From Candidatus Cloacimonadota bacterium (GTDB lineage Bacteria; Cloacimonadota; Cloacimonadia; G963667145): a stretch of DNA of 64,000 nt. Position 1 is the first letter of the stretch. Every line of letters begins with the position of its first letter. The notes under the pieces were generated by a model. It made no database searches. It saw only the letters and a list, made by a program, of their open reading frames with translations, and had not been told where the DNA came from. This document shows positions 57,824 through 64,000 of this stretch, one piece after another. Made by a program: the position numbers and the translations under genes. The DNA is taken from assembly GCA_963676615.1 (NCBI GenBank), contig OY781092.1, positions 1,088,001 to 1,152,000 on the forward strand, read 5' to 3'.

Positions 57824-59629
57824 TCAAGTCCGCTTAAACAACTTTTCCAGATCGGAAATCGGCATCTTGATAATCGTCGGTCTGCCGTGCGGACAAAAAT
57901 ACGGCACTTGCGTGGCGAACAAGTCGTTAATCAGGCTCAGCATCTGCGTTCTGGACATCTTTTGCCCAGCTTTAATCGCCGCTTTGCAAGCGATGCTCGC
58001 CGCCAAATTTTCCCGAAAACTGCTCTGCTTTTTGAGCCGATGCTCCAAATCTTCGAAAAAAGCGATGAAAAAATCGGCAGAGTTCCAGTCTTTCAGCTCT
58101 GCGGGCACCTCCTGCACCACCACAGAATTACCGCTGAACTCCTTGATGAAAATTCCCGCTTTGGCAAAAACTTCGCGATTTTCACGGACAGTCTCCTGCA
58201 CGCTCGCCGCCAGATAGCTGGGCAAATCGACCACAATCGGAAAAGCCAAATTTTGCGTGACCACAGCCGCGCCATTCAGCCGCTGCAAAACCTGCTCATA
58301 CAAAATCCGCTCGTGCGCAGCGTGCTGATCTATCGCCAAAAGTCCGTGTTCATCCTGAATGAAAATGTAGCTCTGATGCAGCTGCCAAGGGTTAATAATA
58401 CTCAGCTCCGAACTCACCTGCGTCGCCATCTGAAGCGGCTTTTGCGGCTGACTCTCGAAATCAGCATCAGATTTCTGCCCAAAAATATCCAGCTGCTCGG
58501 TCTGTTCTGCTGCAGCCGCTGGCGAGCCTCCCCTCTGCAACCGTTGATACATCTGCTTTTCTGGCTCTTTTAGAGGCGACAAATTTTCTGCCACCATCTC
58601 CTGCAAATCGGCAAATTTCTGCTTCTCCCAAGCCAAATACGCCAAATTCACCGCTCGGTTCACATTGCGATAAACCAGCGCCGTATCAACAAAACGCACC
58701 TCCTGTTTGGCTGGATGCACATTAAAATCGACCAACTTCGGCTCGATCTGCAAAAACAGCACAAAAGGCGGAACCTTGCCGCCAAACTTTTTAATAATCG
58801 GCTCATACCCTTTGGCAATCGCGTGATAAACCAGCGAATTTTTGATAAATCTGCCGTTGATAAAAATGTATTTCAGGTTCGGAAAAATCTCCATCGACTT
58901 CTCGAAATTGCCGATAAACCCTTTCACAGAAAGCGCCGACGACTCAAACGAATCCACCGGAATAAACTCCGCCTGCTCAAACTTGCTGCCAAAAATCAGC
59001 TTTATCCGCTTCGAAGCAGATTTCATCGCAGGATAATCGAAAACTTTGCGGTCGTTGTGATACAGCGTAAAATGAATCTGCGGATGCACAATCGCCTGAT
59101 AATGCAGATAGTTAAGAATGTGCCGATACTCAACTTGCGTCGATTTGAGGAACTTGCGTCGAGCGGGAATTTTTAGAAAAAGGCTCGAAACCTTAATCGT
59201 CGTCCCCGTATTCCCGCTGCATTTTTCCACAGCTTTCAAAGTTCCGAAATTGAAAATAATCTTGTTGGCTATCGACTCATCCTCGGTCTTGCTGATCATC
59301 TCAACCCGCGCCACAGAAGCGATACTCGGCAAAGCTTCGCCACGAAAGCCCAAAGTTTGCACGCGAAAAATGTCCTCTTCCGTCGCAATTTTGCTGGTTG
59401 CGTGCCGTTCATACGCCAAAAGCAAATCTTGAGCGTTCATCCCGCAGCCATTGTCCCGCACAGTAATCCCGCGTTTGCCGCCCATCAAAACACGCACCTC
59501 GACCTCACTAGCGCCCGCATCGATCGAATTTTCCACCAGCTCCTTGACAATCGAATACGGCCGCTCAATCACCTCACCAGCGGCGATTTTGTTCGACACT
59601 TGCTCCGACAAAACTTTTATCTTGCTCAT
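57824..59629 (-). CDS. mutL: DNA mismatch repair protein MutL
   Basis: IAAGEVIERP, KELVENSIDA, GFRGEAL, DQHAAHERILYE, CPHGRP. Confidence 0.97.
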   Translation of the reverse strand: MSKIKVLSEQVSNKIAAGEVIERPYSIVKELVENSIDAGASEVEVRVLMGGKRGITVRDNGCGMNAQDLLLAYERHATSKIATEEDIFRVQTLGFRGEALPSIASVARVEMISKTEDESIANKIIFNFGTLKAVEKCSGNTGTTIKVSSLFLKIPARRKFLKSTQVEYRHILNYLHYQAIVHPQIHFTLYHNDRKVFDYPAMKSASKRIKLIFGSKFEQAEFIPVDSFESSALSVKGFIGNFEKSMEIFPNLKYIFINGRFIKNSLVYHAIAKGYEPIIKKFGGKVPPFVLFLQIEPKLVDFNVHPAKQEVRFVDTALVYRNVNRAVNLAYLAWEKQKFADLQEMVAENLSPLKEPEKQMYQRLQRGGSPAAAAEQTEQLDIFGQKSDADFESQPQKPLQMATQVSSELSIINPWQLHQSYIFIQDEHGLLAIDQHAAHERILYEQVLQRLNGAAVVTQNLAFPIVVDLPSYLAASVQETVRENREVFAKAGIFIKEFSGNSVVVQEVPAELKDWNSADFFIAFFEDLEHRLKKQSSFRENLAASIACKAAIKAGQKMSRTQMLSLINDLFATQVPYFCPHGRPTIIKMPISDLEKLFKRT

Positions 59630-60528
59630 TTTTTCATTTTATCCCTAGGATGATTTTTTTGATAACTCTCTTTCAATTTACTCAGACTCACATGAGTGTA
59701 AATCTCTGTCGTAGAAAGGCTTGAGTGTCCCAGCATCTCCTGCACCGCCTTCAGATCTGCCCCAGCGTCCAAAAGATGCGTGGCAAAAGAGTGACGAATG
59801 CTGTGCGGCGTGCAGCCCTTGCTGTCTGCCACCAAATCCAAATATCGCGAAATAATCTGCCGCAATTGGTCGGAATCCAGCGGCAAACCGCTTTTTGAGA
59901 CAAACAAAATTTGCGAATCTTTTGGCGAGAAACTATCGCGAATTTTCCAATAGTCCAAAATCGCCTCTCTGGCGGGCTTGCCAATCGGCACAATCCGCTG
60001 TTTGTTACCTTTTCCGATCAAATCGATCAACCCTTTTTGAAAATCTATCTGCTCCATTTTGCAGACAGCCACCTCCGAAATCCGCAAACCGCACGAATAC
60101 ATCAGCTCCAAAATCGCCCTGTTGCGCACAGCGAATTTGTCCTTATCGCCCGGAATCCGCAAGAGTATCGCCATCTGCGTCTTATCCAAAAAAACGGGCA
60201 AATGCGGGCTAAACTTGGGCAATTTCATCCCCGCGGTGATGTTTTCTTTGGCGATTTTCTCCTTAAAAAGAAAAGCAAAAAACTCCTTGATCACCACCAT
60301 TTTATGCGCCATCGAACGATTGCTGAGATTTTGCGCCAAAGCCCTACCAAAATACGCTTTCAGCACGCTTTTGCTCACCAACTGCACCGCAGGCTCTTCC
60401 CCCAGCGAGTCGGCAAGAAATTCAGCGAAACTCTTGAGTTCCTTTGCGTAAGAAACCAGCGTGTTTTCTGCCAAATCACGAGCCCTCAGATAGTCTAAAT
60501 ATTTTTCGATCGCATTTTTTAACTTCAT
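59626..60528 (-). CDS. xerC: Tyrosine recombinase XerC/XerD type
   Basis: RNRAILELMYSCGLRISE, GKGNKQR, PHSIRHSFATH, MLGHSSLSTTEIYTH; XerC versus XerD not resolvable. Confidence 0.85.
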   Translation of the reverse strand: MKLKNAIEKYLDYLRARDLAENTLVSYAKELKSFAEFLADSLGEEPAVQLVSKSVLKAYFGRALAQNLSNRSMAHKMVVIKEFFAFLFKEKIAKENITAGMKLPKFSPHLPVFLDKTQMAILLRIPGDKDKFAVRNRAILELMYSCGLRISEVAVCKMEQIDFQKGLIDLIGKGNKQRIVPIGKPAREAILDYWKIRDSFSPKDSQILFVSKSGLPLDSDQLRQIISRYLDLVADSKGCTPHSIRHSFATHLLDAGADLKAVQEMLGHSSLSTTEIYTHVSLSKLKESYQKNHPRDKMKK

Positions 60529-60720
60529 CTAGTTCAGCACCGCGCAAGTTTTCCTTTTGGTCAAGCAAAAATTGGCTTTATCCAGCAAAATAAAGCGCTG
60601 CTAGCCTTTGCGCCATAATGCTGCGCAAAAATTTTACGCCACATAAAAATTTCGCTTAATTTTTGAAAACTACTTGCCTATTTGCCAAACCGACAAAATT
60701 TGGGACTACGCTTAAAAAGG

Positions 60721-60797
60721 CGGGGTGTGGCTCAGTCCGGTAGAGCACAGCGTTCGGGACGCTGGGGCCGTAGGTTCAAATCCTATCACCCCGACCA
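60721..60797 (+). tRNA. tRNA-Pro(CGG)
   Basis: CGGGGTG...CAGCG-TT-CGG-GA-CGCTG...GGTTCAAATCC...CACCCCG-A-CCA. Confidence 0.97.
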
Positions 60798-60829
60798 TTT
60801 TTGAAAAAAAATTGAGAGAAATAACTTTT

Positions 60830-62080
60830 ATGATAGAAGAATTTTTAAACGGTAAAAAGAAAATATCTGTAACAGGTCTAGGATATGTCGGACTTCCGCT
60901 GGCTGTGGAGTTTGGAAAAATCGTCCCCACGGTCGGCTTTGATATTAAATCTGAGAGAGTGGCAGAAATTGCCCGCTTCGAGGACTCGACTCTGGAGACC
61001 ACTCCGCAGGAGCTAAAAGCCGCAAAACTTCTGTCAGTGACCGACCAAGTGAACAAAATCAAAGATTGCTGTTTTCACATCATCACCGTTCCTACGCCCG
61101 TTGACAAGTTCAACAAACCAGATTTGAGGCCGTTGCAATCCGCCAGCAGCACCGTTGGCAAAATTTTAAAAAAAGGCGACATCGTCGTTTACGAATCGAC
61201 AGTCTATCCTGGCGCAACCGAAGAGGAGTGCATCCCACTTTTGGAAAAATTCAGCGGCTTAAAGTTTAACCGCGACTTTTTTGTGGGCTTCTCTCCCGAG
61301 CGCATAAATCCAGGCGACAAAGTAAACACGCTCACCACCATCAAAAAAATCACTTCTGGCTCAAATTCCCAAACCGCAGATTTGGTGGACGCTCTCTACT
61401 CCAAAATAATCAAAGCTGGCACGCACAAAGCCTCCAGCATAAAAGTCGCCGAAGCAGCAAAGGTGATCGAAAACACCCAGCGCGATATCAACATCGCTTT
61501 CGTCAACGAACTATATATGCTTTTCGAAAAAATGGGAATCGATGTGAACCAAGTGCTGGCGGCAGCTGGGACAAAGTGGAATTTCCTAAAATTTTCGCCA
61601 GGTCTTGTCGGCGGACACTGCATCGGCGTTGATCCCTACTACCTCACGCACAAGGCACAATCTATCGGCTATCATCCCGAGATTATTTTGGCTGGCAGAC
61701 GCATCAACGACGGAATGGGCGCTTATGTCGCCGAGCAAATCATCAAAAAGATGATTAAAAAAGGGCATAAAATTTTGAACAGCAAAATTTTGGTAATGGG
61801 CGTAACTTTCAAAGAAAACTGCCCCGACATCCGCAACACCAAAGTTATCGATGTCATAAGCGAGCTCAAAGATTTCGGCTGCAAAGTGGATGTTTGCGAC
61901 CCGTGGGCAAACAAAGAGGAAGCCAAGCACGAATATGGAATTGACCTTATCGATGCAAAAAACCTTACACAATACGATGTAATCGCTATTTTGGTTGCTC
62001 ACAAGCAGTTCAAAAAAGAAGATTTTTCCAAAATTCCATCTGAAACCTTGATCTTCGATTTCAAAAATATTTTACGCTAA
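60830..62080 (+). CDS. UDP-N-acetylhexosamine 6-dehydrogenase (TviB/WbpO type)
   Basis: [42 protein letters not shown]; true start ATG 60830. Confidence 0.92.
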   Translation: MIEEFLNGKKKISVTGLGYVGLPLAVEFGKIVPTVGFDIKSERVAEIARFEDSTLETTPQELKAAKLLSVTDQVNKIKDCCFHIITVPTPVDKFNKPDLRPLQSASSTVGKILKKGDIVVYESTVYPGATEEECIPLLEKFSGLKFNRDFFVGFSPERINPGDKVNTLTTIKKITSGSNSQTADLVDALYSKIIKAGTHKASSIKVAEAAKVIENTQRDINIAFVNELYMLFEKMGIDVNQVLAAAGTKWNFLKFSPGLVGGHCIGVDPYYLTHKAQSIGYHPEIILAGRRINDGMGAYVAEQIIKKMIKKGHKILNSKILVMGVTFKENCPDIRNTKVIDVISELKDFGCKVDVCDPWANKEEAKHEYGIDLIDAKNLTQYDVIAILVAHKQFKKEDFSKIPSETLIFDFKNILR

Positions 62081-62083
62081 TTT

Positions 62084-63145
62084 ATGGAAAAAAGCAAAAT
62101 TTTGGTCACTGGCGCCGCAGGTTTCATCGGGTATCACCTCTGTCTTCGCCTCTTGAGCGAAAATTACGAGGTCGTGGGGCTAGACAACATCAACGATTAC
62201 TACGATGTTCGAGTGAAATACGGCCGCCTGCAGAGGCTGGGAATTGCCGAAGATAGCATCCAGTGGGGCGCTTTTGCCAAAAGTTCTTCGCAGCCGAATT
62301 TCAGCTTCGTCCGTGCAAATCTAGAGGATAAAGCGACTATCGACAAAATTTTTGCGGAAAACAAGTTCGAGAAAGTTTGCAACCTCGCCGCACAAGCTGG
62401 CGTCCGTTACAGCCTGACAAATCCAGAGGCTTACATTCAGAGCAACATCGTCGGATTTTTGAATATTTTGGAAGCTTGTCGCAATTTTGGCGTTAAATCG
62501 CTTTCCTACGCAAGTTCGTCCAGCGTTTACGGGCTGAACAAAAAGCAGCCTTTTTCGACCAGCGACAATGTCGATCATCCCGTGTCGCTCTATGCCGCCA
62601 GCAAAAAATCGAACGAGCTGATGGCGCACACTTACTCGCACCTTTACGGGCTTTCGACCACGGGTCTGCGTTTTTTCACGGTTTACGGACCTTGGGGCAG
62701 ACCAGATATGGCTTTGTTCCTTTTTACCAAAGCGATTTTGGAGAATAAGCCGATCGATGTTTACAATTTTGGCAAAATGGAGCGAGATTTTACCTACATC
62801 GACGATATTGTCGAAGGAATTTTTCGAGTTATCGAAAATCCAGCGGTTGCAAAAGAGAACTGGAATCCGCAATCGCCTGATCCGTCTTGTTCCACGGCGC
62901 CTTATCGTGTTTACAATATCGGTAACAGCTCGCCCGTGAAGCTGATGGATTTTATCGCCGCTTTGGAGAAAAAGCTCGGCATTGAAGCAGAAAAAAACTT
63001 TTTGCCGCTACAGGCTGGCGATGTGCCAGCGACTTGGGCGGATACTCAAGATTTGCAAAAAACGCTCTTCTATAAGCCTTCTACAGACATTCAGACGGGC
63101 ATAAATCGTTTTGTAGATTGGTATAGACAATTTTTTGGCGTTTAA
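62084..63145 (+). CDS. UDP-uronate 4-epimerase (NAD-dependent)
   Basis: TGAAGFIG, NLAAQAGVRYS, YAASKK, RFFTVYGPWGRPDMA. Confidence 0.9.
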   Translation: MEKSKILVTGAAGFIGYHLCLRLLSENYEVVGLDNINDYYDVRVKYGRLQRLGIAEDSIQWGAFAKSSSQPNFSFVRANLEDKATIDKIFAENKFEKVCNLAAQAGVRYSLTNPEAYIQSNIVGFLNILEACRNFGVKSLSYASSSSVYGLNKKQPFSTSDNVDHPVSLYAASKKSNELMAHTYSHLYGLSTTGLRFFTVYGPWGRPDMALFLFTKAILENKPIDVYNFGKMERDFTYIDDIVEGIFRVIENPAVAKENWNPQSPDPSCSTAPYRVYNIGNSSPVKLMDFIAALEKKLGIEAEKNFLPLQAGDVPATWADTQDLQKTLFYKPSTDIQTGINRFVDWYRQFFGV

Positions 63146-63183
63146 TATTTTCGTTTTTTATCAATTTAATAAGGAGTAATTTT

Positions 63184-64000
63184 ATGAAAGAATTAGTGGT
63201 TATAGCACTTGGTGGCAACGCCATCAAACAGGCTGGAGAAGAGGGAACTGCACAGCAGCAATTTGCCAACATCGACATCGCGTCCAAAGAGATTGTGAAG
63301 TTGAGCCAAGCCGGCTACAAGCTCGTGGTTACGCACGGAAACGGTCCGCAAGCAGGAAATTTGCTTATTCAACAAGAGGAAGGAAAAAAGCTTGTGCCTG
63401 CTTTGCCGCTGAATGTTGTCGGCGGAATGACGCAAGGGCAAATCGGCTATATGTTCCAAAATCGGTTGCAAAATAATTTTAGCCTTGCGGGAAAGAGCGT
63501 GCCGGTTGTTTCGCTGGTGACGCAAGTTTTGGTGGATAAAGACGATCCAGATTTTCAAGATCCGTCGAAGCCTGTGGGACCTTTCTACACAGAGGCGGAG
63601 GCGACGAGCCTCAAGAACGACAAGGGTTATGTGGTGAAAGAGGCGAAGCCTGGCGTCGAGAAAGGCTGGAGAAGAGTTGTGCCGTCTCCTGAGCCGATTG
63701 ATATTGTGGAAAAAGAGGCGATCAAGTCGCTTATCGGCTCTGGCGCGGTGACTATCGCTTGTGGCGGTGGCGGCATTCCTGTTAAAAAAGATGGCAAGCA
63801 AATTATCGGCATCGAGGGCGTTATCGACAAGGACAAGACTGGCAATGTGCTGGCTCAATCTGTTGGCGCCGATGTTTTAATGATTCTCACCGATGTGGAG
63901 CACGCCCTGATTAACTACAACAAGCCGAATCAAGAAGCTGTTGGCGCAGTGAGCGTTGAGCAAATGCAAAAGCTCTACGACGAAGGGCACTTCCTTGGCG
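63184..64000 (+). CDS. arcC: Carbamate kinase; runs off window end (not in ORF track)
   Basis: MKELVVIALGGNA, THGNGPQ, PSKPVGPFY, WRRVVPSP, GGGGIPV, VIDKD, ILTDV. Confidence 0.93.
   Translation, partial: MKELVVIALGGNAIKQAGEEGTAQQQFANIDIASKEIVKLSQAGYKLVVTHGNGPQAGNLLIQQEEGKKLVPALPLNVVGGMTQGQIGYMFQNRLQNNFSLAGKSVPVVSLVTQVLVDKDDPDFQDPSKPVGPFYTEAEATSLKNDKGYVVKEAKPGVEKGWRRVVPSPEPIDIVEKEAIKSLIGSGAVTIACGGGGIPVKKDGKQIIGIEGVIDKDKTGNVLAQSVGADVLMILTDVEHALINYNKPNQEAVGAVSVEQMQKLYDEGHFLG

Noticed and set aside
60606..60652. TTTGCGCCATAATG upstream of xerC resembling a dif XerC arm
   Set aside because: No TTATGTTAAAT-like XerD arm after the spacer; it is only a short inverted repeat in a divergent promoter region.
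59626..60797. Tyrosine recombinase next to tRNA-Pro as a possible prophage or island integrase
   Set aside because: 300-aa Xer-type protein coupled to mutL-miaA, on the tRNA 5' side; no tRNA 3' duplication seen in the window.
60725..60829. N-terminal extension of the dehydrogenase ORF; also ORFs 44432-44665 and 60712-61062
   Set aside because: These frames run through tRNA genes; the real dehydrogenase start is ATG 60830.
63193..63858. 221-aa minus-strand ORF
   Set aside because: Antisense shadow of the carbamate kinase that starts at 63184.
1..64000. CRISPR arrays, IS elements, rRNA
   Set aside because: No spaced repeat arrays, transposase motifs or rRNA-like sequence seen by eye.

Overview
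Bacterial chromosomal window from a probably anaerobic diderm (2[4Fe-4S] ferredoxin, carbamate kinase, lipoproteins, outer-membrane-type protein). A Cloacimonadota-like affiliation is only my impression from gene content. Bases 1-32.5 kb are a long minus-strand, mostly AT-rich surface-polysaccharide locus with two Wzx flippases. It holds a pseudaminic-acid pathway (pseB/C/G/H/I plus extra tailoring enzymes), gmd/fcl with GT10 and GT11 fucosyltransferases, LicD beside a cytidylyltransferase-PLP fusion, a CapA-TupA fusion, a split transketolase beside an SDR-GT2 fusion, and a BcbE-like NTP-transferase/HAD/GDPD/cupin cassette. Bases 32.5-64 kb are mostly higher-GC core genes (rho, serC, tRNA-His, tsaD, miaA, mutL, xerC, tRNA-Pro, arcC) plus a ~1760-aa kinase-NTPase-TPR-HATPase protein whose two kinase modules look catalytically degenerate. 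An arginine decarboxylase/antiporter cassette is bracketed by a 68-bp direct repeat of the rho 3' end and carries a long, strand-specific RNA hairpin. Functional calls come from motif recognition only; no searches were run.
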